A stretch of DNA of 61,691 bases, counting the filler, from Syncephalis fuscata S228 (taxonomy: Eukaryota > Fungi > Zoopagomycota), in assembly GCA_025786725.1 (NCBI GenBank). It is 5 parts of 5 records of this genome, joined end to end, with 100 filler letters (N's around TTAATTAATTAA, not from the genome) between each part and the next. Parts side by side here need not be neighbours in the genome. Positions count along the whole stretch, not along the records: positions 1 to 20,710 come from JAHLTZ010000161.1; positions 20,811 to 38,532 come from JAHLTZ010000191.1; 3 more parts are not named here. One strand, written 5' to 3'. A program made the position numbers and the translations under genes. Numbering within the stretch: the first letter of the stretch is position 1; each line of letters starts with the position of its first letter. The notes under the pieces are model-generated. The model did no database searches, was not told the DNA's origin, and saw only the letters and a list, made by a program, of their open reading frames with translations. Shown piece by piece: positions 11,660 through 24,981 of this stretch.

Positions 11660-14475
11660 ATGTCTGATGCAAAATACTTCCAGCGAGGTAAGTAGTCATT
11701 GTTATTATTGCTGCCGCTGCTGCTGCTGCCGCTGTTGCTCGTGCTGCTGCACTGTCGGTAGCTGCTTTAAAAACACATGGCCATACAGGAATAGCAGTCT
11801 TTAAAATTTACAAAGTTTATTGATAACCAACCAACGAATCAATTGCTGCTATTCTGCACACAGGTAAAATTCAAGAGCTTCGAAATGATCTTGTATCCGA
11901 TAAACGCGATAGTAAATATGCAAAAAAGAAGGCAGTCCTCAAGGTAAGGATGTTTATGAAGGCAGCCTCTACATACAAGCAATACACGAGTACAACAGCA
12001 TGTTAACTTGTTTATTGGTGCATTCTATAACAACAGCGTATTGTAGCCAACATGACGATGGGCAATGATATGTCGCCGTTATTTCCGGATGTAATTGCCT
12101 GTCTAAGTATTCCAAATTTAGAAGTAAAGAAAATGGTTTATCTTTACGTTACCAACTACTGCCGAAGCAAGCCGGACATGGCTCGAATGGCCGCACCCTA
12201 CTTCGAGAAGGTAACAAACACAAGCAATGGCTTCGTGTAACTTATTACTGACTTACCTGCTGTTTGTTTGGCCATTGCGATTGTCCTTATGACCATGGCG
12301 ATCATCCCATCTAGGATGTCAATGATAGTAATCCGTTGATTCGCGCCTTAGCCATTCGTTCCATGGGCTACATCCATATAGATCGTGTGGTGGATGGCTT
12401 TTGCGATCCACTACGCCACTGTCTGCGGGATCCAGATCCATATGTGCGTAAAACGGCTGCTGTCGGGGTTGCCAAACTGTTTATGCACGACCCAGCACTC
12501 GCCGAGAGTGAGGGGTTCCTTGAAATGTTACGCGGCATGCTTAGCGATTCCAATCCAGCTGTAAGTTCAGTATGCGCGGCATGAATGGTACGGCATATAG
12601 CTCATAATCGCTCTATATGGTGGCTGGTATAATTATAGGTCATATCAAATGCGGTAGCTGCATTAGTTGAAATATCAGAACGTTCACCCAACTACCAATT
12701 AGAGATGAACATGTCGACGGCCAATCGTCTAGCGAATACATTGAATGAATGCTCAGAGTAAGTGAAAAAACAAACGAAATTGATTAGCAATAGTCATAAT
12801 AATACAAACAATACTAATGTGGATATTAATAGATGGGGACAAGGATATATTCTAGAGGCACTTTTGTATACAGTCCCTCAAGAAGTGGGCGAGGCTGAAT
12901 TGCTTGCTGAACGTATTGTATCACGATTACAACACGCCAATTCATTCGTTGTATTGGCTACAGTTAAATTGCTTGTTTATCTGTTAAATTACATGTCACG
13001 AGAAGAGGATATCACTGGATTCTCTTCAAAACTAGGGCCACCTCTTGTTACATTACTGTCCCATGGACCAGAAGTGCAATATGTTGCACTGCGTAATATT
13101 CTATTGATCATTCAAAAGTATCCGGAAATGCTACAGGCTGATGTACGTACATTCTTCTGTAAATACGACGAACCAATCTATATCAAACTATCGAAATTGG
13201 AAATCATTTTCAGACTGACCACTGAGGACAATGCACGTGAAGTGCTATCAGAACTGCGAGAGTAAGTAGAAGGCCGGATGCACTGCATACATCCCTCGTA
13301 TAGATAGCAGTGCCATTAATACCATGACCATTAGATATGCATCAGAAATTGATGTTGATTTTGTTCGTCGCGCAGTACGATGCATTGGTCGACTAGGCAT
13401 TAAGCTAGAACAATCGTCGCAAATGTGCATTGCTCTATTATTGGAACTAATACAGACGCGTGTAAGCTATGTGGTTCAAGAAGCGGTTATTGTTATGAAG
13501 GTGATGTCACTGCCCCCAGTGTAGTACTATTTACTAAATAGCCTATTGATATGCATATAGGATGTATTCCGTCGCTATCCTAACAAATACGAAAGTGTCA
13601 TTCCTACACTATGTGAGAATCTCGATGATCTGGATCAACCCGAGGCAAAAGTTGCTATGATATGGATTATAGGCCAGTATGCCGAACGAGTAGAGAATGC
13701 CGAGGGTGTATTAGAAAGCTTTGTAGATACATTTAAAGAGGAACATACAGAGGCAAGTACAGTGATTGCTTATCATATATGGTATTCATTGGTTAATGGA
13801 AATAATAGGTTCAATTGGCTTTATTAACTGCTGTAGTTAAACTATTTCTTAAAAGGCCAGCAGCTGGACAAGAGCTTGTACCGAAAATACTTAAATGGGC
13901 CACCGAAGAAGTTGATAATCCCGATTTACGTGATCGTGGATTTATTTACTGGCGTTTACTTTCTACCAATCCTACGGTAGCCAAGGTATTGATATTATTG
14001 CTACAGTAATGTTAATAATAATATTGTGGTTATTACTTAGAGTATTATATTATCGGATAAACCAGAGATATCCACTGAAGCTGATCATATGGATCCAGTT
14101 ATGCTTGAAGAACTACTGCTACATATTGCCAATCTCTCTTCAATCTATCACAAGTCACCGGCCATGTTTATTAGTGGTGCCAAGATGCGCTCATTGCCGC
14201 CATCACAGGTACTAAATACCCACTCGGTTGTGCACCACTGTAAGTAGAATAGATGGCCATAAATACAACGCAATACTTATTAATACGATATCTATGGTAT
14301 TAATAGTGGTAGAATGACCTCTGTAACTCGATTCGACGATAACTTTTCTGGCAATGAGCTATACGGTGTGGCACAAGAGGATCATAATATGGCTGTAGCT
14401 CATACAAGAATACAGCGAGTCGATGATTTACTCGACCTTGACACGCCACTTGATGATCCAACCACTTTTATTTAA
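11660..14475 (+). CDS. APL1: Adaptor protein complex beta subunit (AP-2 beta / Apl1-like), multi-exon
   Basis: MSDAKYFQR|[28 protein letters not shown]; IRALAIRSM; [11 protein letters not shown]; [16 protein letters not shown] (adaptin N-terminal domain). Short C-terminus without an appendage domain. Confidence 0.85.
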
Positions 14476-14645
14476 TAATATATAATTGTTTGTTTGTTTG
14501 TTTATAATTACATTGAAGATCTATAACATAATACTAATAGATACATCTTTAAATAAGTAAATTAATTCATTATTAACACGTCTAAATAACTATTCATTGG
14601 TTCTAATACTTTAATATCATTAATATCATTACTATATCGTTTAAA

Positions 14646-17600
14646 TTAATCATCATCACGATTGGTTCGTGACTTTTTAGATCTAGATTCACCGCCACCT
14701 CTCGTTTTACGCTTTTCTGCCTTACTTTCCTCACGGAAGTAATCTTTACGATCGCGTTTAACACGAGCCATACGTTTTGATTCATCTTTTTCACGGCTTC
14801 GCTGGGTTTCTTCACGTTTTGTGGCCTTTTGTACTTTACGTTTACGATCCTTTTCTTTGCGTAATGTTTGTATTTGTTGTAACATACTAACAATATCACG
14901 TTCCTTTGGCTCCATAATTACTGCCAAACGTTTATCAAGTTTAGCCGATGCAGCCTTCTTCTTCATCAATTTGGGTTTTGAAGCAAATGGCAAATCAGAT
15001 TGTAATCCCTTTGGAATACGTAATGGATTGAATTTACGTGGTGCTCTTTCAATTGTCTAATAAAAATTAATATTAGAACTAGTCAATATGATCAAATGGC
15101 ATAATTACTTACTTTGTAGGATGAATCGGCTTTGTGCGGTACAGCTTGTCCAGCTTCATAACGAACCTGGGCAATAGGTCTTACACCTTGCCAGCTCTTC
15201 TTATCCGATAACAGTAGCGATGTTACAGGATTACAGTATTTCTTTGGTCGAACACCGTACCATGTACGTAGAAATACAATATCGCTCATAACGGCTTATC
15301 CTCGAATGTTGCCGGTAACAGCCTGGCTTATTATTGATCGCCTTCTTAATTTGACCACGAATACCACTGACCGTACGAATTTGTGCACCTTCAAACTTGG
15401 TCACTTCAAGAGGTGAATTAAACATGCCCTTGATAAATGCCGAGTTTTTGTAAATCTTGTAAGGCGTGCCTGTAAGTTTTAATTTCTTAACAATTTCTGT
15501 CGATTGATTAATATCAAGTACAACACCCGTGGCACTAATCCTAAACGATGCCTATAATGATATAAATAAATAATTAACTAATTAACTAACTAATTAATTA
15601 ATTAATTTAAATATACTTACTTTGTTTTGTGACATAGATTGTACAGCACAAAAACCAGTACTAGGTGCCGTCATTGGACCTGAATAAACAACAATATTAA
15701 TGTTAATTAACAAATCTCTATTGCTATATAGCTTACCATAGAAAGTGGCAAGACAATGCATATGTTCTGGTGTATATTTAAGCATACGATTACGTGTACC
15801 ATCATCAAGTGAATAAAGTGGAATCGATTGGAATCGACGCCAACCAATTGAAAAGATTAATGGATCATTGGTCTTTAAAATCTTGGGATGCCAACGATGC
15901 CGTTTAATACGAACCTATTCATTATTATAATATTTAATTAATATTATACCTAGCCAATTAACCAATCACCTACTTGTACAAATCCAAATGACTCCTCTGA
16001 TGGCAACAATCCACCCAGTACAACTGGATAGGATGGATTAAAATGTGTAACAAATTCACAAGGCATTGATTTAACCAGTACACGCACATATGTGCCTGGC
16101 ATATATCCTTGTACAGCAGCCCGTATTTCTGGGTCATCTTCTTCAAATTCTTGAATATTAAGGGCCAATTGTTTACTAATCTCATCTTTGGCTTGTTCAT
16201 ACAAATCTTGTTTCTCTTCTTCATCCCATGCATCATCGTATTCAGCATCAAATCGTCTCTTTAAATCTTCTTTCTTTTTCTCAAGTTTGGCACGGTCACG
16301 ATCTGCTTCGTCAACTTCTTCGCCCTCGTCTTCATCTTCATCGTCTTCATTGCTACTATTGTCTTCATCTTCATTTTCTTCATCTTCTTCGTCTTCATTA
16401 TCAATCTCTTCAGCCAAGAATCGACCACGTAATAAAGTAGATATCTAATAATAGTAATATATTTATTAATATATTTATTAATATATTATATATGAATTAC
16501 TTACATCATGTCGTTCTTTCCAACTGTCCAAATCATTAGTAGATGGTACAATCTTGCCCGTATCAGTTGAATATGGTGTTTGAGATGTTACTCTACAAAA
16601 GAATCCTTCTTCTTCATTTTGTTCATTATTATCTGTATCTAATAGTAAACAAGCGCGTGGCATCGACTCTTCTTCATCTTCATTATAAATCATTTGCATA
16701 ACAGATTTGGAGCGTTTTCTCTTTTGGAATAGTTGACCTGCTCGTTCTTCAATATTCTTCTTCCATCGAAGATTGCCTTCTAATGTATCCTCCTCTTCCT
16801 CCTCCTCCTCCTCCTCTTCGTCATCATCGTCCTCTTCTTCGTCTTCACTATTTAATGTTGCTAAATTCTCTTCATCATCTGAATCCATTTCCAATTCACT
16901 ATCTGTATCAGCATATGGAATAACTTCATCATTATCACTAGTATCAATATTCTCTTTGGACATGTTCATATCATCAGTACTACGAATACCACCAGAAATA
17001 TAACCTTCTTCATCGTCACTTTCCATTTCAATATCGTCTTCATCTTCTTCATTGATATCACCAGCTTTATCGTCATTATTAAACATAAGACGTCGTTCTC
17101 TTGTTTGTTTAATATCTGATGCTTTCATAGGTGCTGTATCAGCAAATACACGTAATTCTGCCCCTTCTAATTGTTCAGCCAATGTTGTCTGTGCTTCTTG
17201 TAAATCCACTACCATCTTTACACCAGGCGTTACTGTCTCTCCAGTATAGCCATCGGCATTACTGTCACCACTAATGTTAACTTTAGAGAATGTATTTGTA
17301 ACATCAATATAGACGGCATCTTTATCAACCATAATACCGCCAATATCTGACATGGGAGCATGAATAAGCTTTTGGCGTTCACTTAGACGCTTTCGCACTT
17401 TATCAGGCAATGGACATGGATCAGTTAAAGCGCTAATATCATCTAGAGAAAAGTCACCGGCGCCAGGAATATGGACCTATTATATATGTATATAATATAT
17501 ATCAATATGTACTAATACACTCCAATATAATGTATTATATCGTTACCTTTGTATTCTTTTTAAAATGAGTACCTCTTAAATAGCCATAGAGTGTAACAGT

Positions 17601-18681
17601 ACGATCACATTTAGGATTCTTACGAATTGCTTCAGGATCTGTTAAATCTTCTACTCGATCAGCTAAAAAGTATGGATGTGTATTACGCCAAATTAATGGA
17701 CGGAATTTCATAACTGAAATAAATCGACATAAATTCATGATTTCATTGTTGGGATAGCGTCCATTAATAACACCAGAAATAGAATAATTTGGCACCTTGA
17801 TAGATTTCGGTCCAGAATCGACGTTTCATGGTCTTTTTTACTACGCTTACTCGTTTAGCGGATTTAATTTCGTCTAAATGAGTAAGTACACCCATAATAC
17901 GTGGGAATCCATGTGTATGTAGAATATTAAGGAATTCAAATGTTTCCTATAATTAAATATGATTAATTACGCGTATATTAATAGGTTAACATATTCAATT
18001 ACCATCTCAAATCCAAAACTGGCATCAATAGTTAGTAGAACAAGGTCGGCTATTTTAGCCACATCAATCATAGCATTCATATCATTAACACATTCAATAA
18101 ATGTTAAACGGCGTTTTTTTCCTATTAATTACAAATAAATATTAATTAAATACTAATGTTGAATCGATTATGTAACACTTACCACTAACAACTGTAATAG
18201 GCCTTTGATTTCACCAACTGAATGTTTTGTATATTTCTTAACTAATGATCGAATAAGTGTCGTTTTACCCGACTATATACAATATAAATAGTATAATAAT
18301 GTATTGTAATATTGATTAGTAATAATTACTATATACAATTATAATATATAATACCTGAGGTGGTCCTACAATAGCAATAATAACTGGTGGTGGTTCAATA
18401 GGTGTTCGATCAACCAATGCAACGTGTAGCTTCTTTTCTGCCAAGTCTTGATTACGACGAGCAACTTTCTCAGCTGTATGGCCTGATCGCAAAGCAAACG
18501 CCTACTCCAACCCAGTATATTTATGTATTTACGTATTTACATACATTAGCTTTAGAGTATTTGTATCTATCTACCAGCTTTATACCTTAACATTCTTTGC
18601 ATTGGCGTGTGGTCTTTTAGCCTTCTCGGCCTTGGGACCGGCCATTTTGACCCGATGAGGCTTTTTTGCGCGATCTTCCAT
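14646..18681 (-). CDS. BMS1: Ribosome biogenesis GTPase Bms1, multi-exon, with apparent single-base indels near 15290-15315 and 17790
   Basis: P-loop [15 protein letters not shown]; [19 protein letters not shown]; [13 protein letters not shown]; [11 protein letters not shown]; [29 protein letters not shown]; long acidic middle region. Confidence 0.93.
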
Positions 18682-18942
18682 GTTGACCCTAATATATAAG
18701 TGTATATACGCGTATCACCAAATAAAAAAGACCGTTCACCGTTAACAAGTCTTACACAAAACGAAACGAAGCGATACGAGACGGAATGTGAAAGAAAAAG
18801 TTAGACGAGATGAGGAAAAAAAGAAAAAAAGAAAAATGAACCTAATAATTTAATTAAATCAAATCAAATCCATTCATATCCATACGTCATCTTATATTAC
18901 ACTTGTTTCCTACTTTTCTCTGTTCATCCAACGAATGTCAAT

Positions 18943-20523
18943 ATGTCAAGTTTACAACGCAAGATATTTAAAGCAGTTAATGCAATTCCAGAAAATGAAG
19001 AACCTGAAGTGTCTACTCAAGAAGATAAAGAGATAAACAAGTAAGTTGATAATTGAATAGAATAAATAGTATATTTATATATATATATAGTCAATTAACT
19101 GGTGAACAAGAACAAGAAACCTACATAAAAATCATAAAAACAACACTTTAGTTGAATGGCAAACCTTTTTGATAACAAACGACAAATCATTGCCAATGAT
19201 GGCAGTATATTTTGTATCTATGAGACACATGCTACTAATAACATTGATAACAACAGTACAACAAATCCATCACCACCACCACTATTTATATTCCATCATG
19301 GAGCAGGTCAATCAGCATTATCATTTGCTTTAACGGTAAAAGAGTTAAAGAAACGATTGAATAACCAGTGCTCAATTGTATGTTATGATTGTCGTGGACA
19401 TGGTAAGTAATATGATCTATTTAGACTTTTATCATAAATACCATTCATTAGGTGATACCTATACAAAGAATGACACTCTATTGAGTTTATCACAACTTAC
19501 AGAAGATTTAGCCTTAATTGTTCGTAATGTACATACAAATACAAAACAGTCTATGGTATTAATTGGACATAGGTAATTAATGAATACTGTAAATATTAAT
19601 CAATATTAATCAATATTAATCAATATATATATATATATGTATAATGGTTCATTAGTATGGGCGGTGCTGTAGTGGCTGATGCCGTATCGCGCAAACTAAT
19701 TACCAATCTGACTGGGGTTGTTGTACTTGATGTCGTTGAAGGTATTAATTACATAAATCTATAATACAATATATTTATATTTAATTCAAATAGGTAGTGC
19801 CATAGAATCACTTGCTTATATGTCGGCATTTATTCAATCACGTCCAACAATATTTGATACACTGAGGATGCTATTGTTGGAGGTAATGTCAACAACAATA
19901 CTAGTAACAGCAATACTAATAAATGCGTCATTTATAGTATACGTTCAGGCGGTGTACGTAATATTGGATCAGCTCGTATTTCTATACCTCCACTACTTTG
20001 TCCATCTAATAATAATGATACACAACACCCAAATAATACAACATGGCAATGGAGAACTGATCTGACGCCTACAAAGCCTTATTGGACAGGTATTTATGAT
20101 ATATATATATACTATATTTATATTTACAATAATTAGAATGGTTTAACGGATTATCTGAGAAATTCCTTAAATGTCCCACTGCTCGTCTATTAGTACTAGC
20201 AGGTATTTATTTATTTATTTATTATTCATATTAATAGATGCTAATATGTTATATGTTATAGGTGCGATCGTTTAGATAATACACTTATGATTGGACAGAT
20301 GCAAGGTAAACTAAATAGAGTGAATAATAGCTTTTATTAATAAAACGGTGAATTTATAGGCAAATTCCAACTATTGGTCTTTAATCAATCTGGCCATCAT
20401 ATACAAGAAGATGTACCGGATCGTTTAGCAGAGGCATTAGTGGAATTCCAACATCGATATCAACCATTGAACATGCCCATTAAACGATTCCCTATTCCAA
20501 TGCCTACAACTAATAAACCATAA
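18943..20523 (+). CDS. PPE1: Protein phosphatase 2A methylesterase (PME-1/Ppe1), alpha/beta hydrolase, multi-exon
   Basis: FHHGAGQSALSF; DCRGHG; nucleophile motif GHS|MGG split by an intron; LDVVE|GSA; DRLDNTLMIGQMQ|GKFQL..GHHIQED. Confidence 0.9.
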
Positions 20524-20642
20524 CTATGAATTGCTATTATTAATACACATAAATAAATAAATAATCAAATAAATAATCAAATAAATAATCAAATATTTTA
20601 ATTGAAACCATTCGTGTCACCACTTTTACTTACTTGTTCACC

Positions 20643-20710
20643 ATGAATCCATTATTACCTGTAGTAAAGAAGAAAGATGCCAGTAAGAAGAAGAATAAAA
20701 AGAAGGAAAA
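20643..20710 (+). CDS. Possible 5' fragment of a Lys-rich protein (MNPLLPVVKKKDASKKKNKKKE), cut off by the gap
   Basis: ATG after a pyrimidine-rich leader, open until the N-run. Too short to identify. Confidence 0.3.
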
Positions 20711-20810
20711 NNNNNNNNNNNNNNNNNNNNNNNNNNNNNNNNNNNNNNNNNNNNTTAATTAATTAANNNNNNNNNNNNNNNNNNNNNNNNNNNNNNNNNN
20801 NNNNNNNNNN
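20711..20810. other. Assembly gap / contig spacer
   Basis: 100-nt N-run with central TTAATTAATTAA. Confidence 0.97.
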
Positions 20811-21227
20811 GCCGTGGCGTTCTCATCGCTATTAGGCAGTATGAAACGATTGATAGGTAAGAACAGAAGCCATGCCAATGTTTGAAACCGGTTATCACTG
20901 TTGGCAAGCGACAACTATTTTATTAATATAAACGAAGTATATAGCAAACGCGACTAATTAAATAAATAGCAAAACAAGTTGAAATATCTAACAGGCACAA
21001 GAAATGATAGAATGCTAGAATAATTGTGTATTATTTTAGTAAAACACGGTATTTATCATTTAATTTGGATTACAACTCAATATATACTATAATCATAATA
21101 AGAAAAGGTAGAAATGCCAAGCGGAGCATTGTATAAATATTTAGATTAAGCGCCTGACTTATTAAAGTAGGTGCCTGATAGTCAGGCAATATGCACCTGA
21201 TGGGAATAAATGTAAACGAGGCTTATA

Positions 21228-21532
21228 GGGGAGGCGTGGTGGCCTAAACGGTCAACGCGTCTTCCCTAAAGTAGGAAAATGTTGGTTCGCCTAGTTCGAA
21301 TCTTGTTTTCAGGAAATGCGTGATGGGATCCTTCCGTAGAAGAAATGGTCGATATTCCAACACGTGAGGAGAGCCACCAACGGTTTTCAGTTGTAGATGG
21401 CAGGTTCTGCGTTGCGCGCGGATAGGTTCGAAATGAACCGTCTATTCTCCTAGGGGTGGCAGACAAATGCTGCAAATGCGCGGTTAGGTCCTACGGACCG
21501 TTGTCTCACTTAAGCTAATAAAATCCAAATCC
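21228..21532 (+). mobile_element. tRNA-derived SINE, copy 2
   Basis: Same ~305-nt body as 3300-3604, with one extra T and an (AAATCC)n tail. Flanked by a different 20-bp direct repeat, AAATGTAAACGAGGCTTATA, at 21208-21227 and 21533-21552. Confidence 0.88.
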
Positions 21533-21976
21533 AAATGTAAACGAGGCTTATATTACTATTAATTATACTTTTATATCCCTTGATGAGTAAGCTTTATAAT
21601 TACACAATATAACAAATTATATATATATATTCTTTTTAACCATCATAACAGTTTAATAGATACAATTAATTAATCGATGTATAAATAAGGTTTTATTATT
21701 AAACATTAGTGAAAACTTTGATAGTTTCAATGTATTAAAAATGCAGTTTATTATTTTAATTAATGCAACATTCATTACATTTCTACAGCATCAAAGATGA
21801 TTATTGTTTTAATTAATGTTTATAATAAAATTTTGCTTTTACATTTATTTATTTATTTACTACTACGCTTTTATGGCAGTTAAAAATATAATTAAATAAA
21901 TAGATATAATTTATTCGTGTTTAGTTCCAAAATGATATTGCTTATTATACTAAATAAAAACAACGCGTAATAATTA

Positions 21977-23437
21977 TTATCGGCCAACTGCTGCCAAACT
22001 TGGTTTCCGTAAGCGACGTTGTCCATTTAATGGAGAAGAATTCTGAGTTGCTCGGGAGATGTGATGGCGCGGCACAACAACCACTGATGAAACTGCCTCT
22101 TGCAGATCACGACTATCTTCATTACCGTCACCGTGGTTTAAACTGGGAAATACTGATAGTCTGCTCAAGTGTAGATTTGAATCAGAGTATTCTAAAGAAC
22201 TAGGCGGTGGATCGGCCAAAATTGAAGAATTTACCGGTGTGTAATAAAAACTTTCTCGTTCAGACATTGCAGGTGGTGGTAAAACTGATGTCTGTGAAAT
22301 GTTTACTGCCCATGACAAATTCTCTGTATTTGTTTCGATCGTACAGGGCGATGGATTGGTGTTTATTGCATATCGATACTCATTACTTTTACTGTTGTTT
22401 ATGGTATTAATACCGATACAGTTGCTTTCATTATTACTTGTTGTTATTGGATGGCCGATGACAGTTGCATGTAATACACTGGGTCTGGCCTTTTCAAATA
22501 TAGTTTCGGGTGCTTTGCCGCAGCAATGTTTAAATAAAATACGAAAACTATCACTATCGGTAGAAAAGGCGAAAAAGTCTAGAATGCCTAATAGTGAGCT
22601 TAAAATGTCGCCCATCATTTGACTATCTAATTCTTTTTGGCGTACTTCAGGCGACCAGTCGCTTGGATCGGGGCCAGCCGGTGCCCATGCATCTCCAGGA
22701 GCATTGGCATATTCGTGAAAGCTAAGGTAAACATGAAAGACACCGGCAACACCAATGTTAAGACACACGACCAAAAGCCGGATAATAACACTGATGGGCA
22801 GTAAACGCGCGTCCAAATAGCGTAACATGTGCCGCCATCGTAATAGAAATTGTAGAACACTTGCGAGTAGCATACCAAGACAGACAGCCGTTGGTAAAAT
22901 GCCCCATGCAGCGTCAGAACCAATTAATTGCCAGCGCACCGAGTACGCATACCGGCAATCGTAGATACCTGTTTTCCGCATGGCCGGCCATAATTGTAGT
23001 TGTGGCAGTACACCTAAAATGGCCGGAATTATTGGCACCAAGTAAGCAAGCCAGCTAGTCCATTTATCAATATGCTTCCAACTATCGGTCGCGTTAAACA
23101 TGCCGGTTTCTTGGCGGATAACCGCACGCCAAATACGACAAGCAAATCCAGCGGCAAATATTTGCATAGCCCGTGGTGCGTAAAGAGCAATCGATCGTCG
23201 GGTAAAACAGGCCGCGACGGGTGCGTCAATCATCATTACCCCGTAGAGTGTTAGATGAATTAACTGCGATAGATGATACAAGACCATAACAACCGAGTAC
23301 CGAGCAATGAACCAACGATGTAGCTTTGCCTGCGTATAGCAGACACACAATGCTCCAATCAATGAAAATATATGGAACACGATAATGACCACCTCTATCG
23401 ATGTTGGCGGTACCATCGAATCTATCATATCGTACAT
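21977..23437 (-). CDS. Intronless 7-transmembrane GPCR-like receptor with long Ser/Pro/Asn-rich C-tail
   Basis: About 486 aa from ATG 23437. Seven hydrophobic segments in the first ~300 aa, Cys at the start of TM3 and in ECL2, disordered tail. Subfamily (cAMP receptor/Git3-like) is inference. Confidence 0.65.
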   Translation of the reverse strand: MYDMIDSMVPPTSIEVVIIVFHIFSLIGALCVCYTQAKLHRWFIARYSVVMVLYHLSQLIHLTLYGVMMIDAPVAACFTRRSIALYAPRAMQIFAAGFACRIWRAVIRQETGMFNATDSWKHIDKWTSWLAYLVPIIPAILGVLPQLQLWPAMRKTGIYDCRYAYSVRWQLIGSDAAWGILPTAVCLGMLLASVLQFLLRWRHMLRYLDARLLPISVIIRLLVVCLNIGVAGVFHVYLSFHEYANAPGDAWAPAGPDPSDWSPEVRQKELDSQMMGDILSSLLGILDFFAFSTDSDSFRILFKHCCGKAPETIFEKARPSVLHATVIGHPITTSNNESNCIGINTINNSKSNEYRYAINTNPSPCTIETNTENLSWAVNISQTSVLPPPAMSERESFYYTPVNSSILADPPPSSLEYSDSNLHLSRLSVFPSLNHGDGNEDSRDLQEAVSSVVVVPRHHISRATQNSSPLNGQRRLRKPSLAAVGR

Positions 23438-23670
23438 GGTGAACAAGGATTACAATAGAATAAGGGGCAAGCCAAAAGTAAAGAAATCGACGGCAACACA
23501 ACTATTCTGAGGATGGATTTAAATTCGCGTCAAGCGTTGGCAGTTTGCAAAAAGGATCAACCTCCTTGCTTTTACAAATGTGATATGGTTAACAAAGTAA
23601 TGCTTAAGTACTGCGCTATTTAAAATAATGAGGTTTTTTCCCTGTAACACTAAAAATAGGCAGTCCAGTC

Positions 23671-23687
23671 GTGTGTGTTTGTGTGTT

Positions 23688-23745
<58 letters not shown>
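23671..23745. repeat. (GT)n microsatellite
   Basis: Direct inspection. Confidence 0.95.
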
Positions 23746-23748
<3 letters not shown>

Positions 23749-24981
23749 ATACGTGAATCAAAAAAGTAAACACTTTAATTTGAAAAAGCGTTTTTTTACT
23801 TATCGTAAAATAAAGCAAAGAAGCGTGCCAGAAGCGTTGGTAGTCGTTAAAATCGTTGAATCAAAAATGTCGTTTTGTTGTTTGCAGCTATCATACTATC
23901 ATTGAATAGTAGTTATACATTCATCAACAATCTGATGGTAATGATAGGCTGATAGACAGGTCAATGAATGGTGATAGCGCGGAAAGTACGAGCAACGGTG
24001 TAAAGGAAAGACTCAAACAATATGAGAAAAGGTATTTGTTGTTATGGACGGGTTTATTCAAAATTACGGGGTATAAAAAAGAAGGGCCGAAGTGAGGATG
24101 AGACAGTATAAAATAAAAGCCGACAAATAAATAAGGATATTTGCCAGATTGAGCGAATGTGCAGGAATATTGAACGGTAAATTGAGACGATAAATTGAAT
24201 GTTATCTCTGTAAAAAATCCAAATTCAACTATTTAGGGGTCATTGCATTCTACTCCGCTTGAGCGGGTCTTTAAGGATAAACACAAGTGAACAGTAAACT
24301 GCCATATCAGGAGAAAAACCATCATTATTCAAAACGACATGTGTCTCAGTAGCCCGACACTCATACAAGTTAGGCCATTCTCAATGAGGTAGTAAACACG
24401 TGCCATTATTTCTTTTGGTATGACCGATTATTATTTGACAAAAAGCTTAAGAATATAGATTGAGATAGAGGACTGATTTGATTGATTGGCCAAGGGCGTA
24501 TGGTTACCTATTACAGTCGATTATTAAGATAAAAAACCATACTTTATACTGGTAAACAACACGATCGTTGTATGACGTGTATGGTAAGTAGTAACAGGTT
24601 ATAGTTGATAGTCGATTTTGTTTAACAATTGATACAATAAGAGCATTTATAAGTGTGGGTGTCATCGATATTTATTGTTTTAAAAACCAACATGCGGAGT
24701 TGTAACTTTCGATACAAAAGTGGATCGCCATTTTGGTAATAGCTATTGTTATAGAATTTTATTAAATTCAATCACTTGTTAATATTTTGAAATAAACAAC
24801 AACTGAGTCTTTTTATACAGTTAAAATATATTATTGTTACATGTTATTATAATAGCTATAATTGCTGTTTATAAAGTACAGTCTCGTTTGTAGCAGTATT
24901 GCGTGACAGTCTTATCGGATCAATCGATATAATAGATAATTATTACCGATAGTCCAGCATATTTACTGCCAAAAAAAGCAA

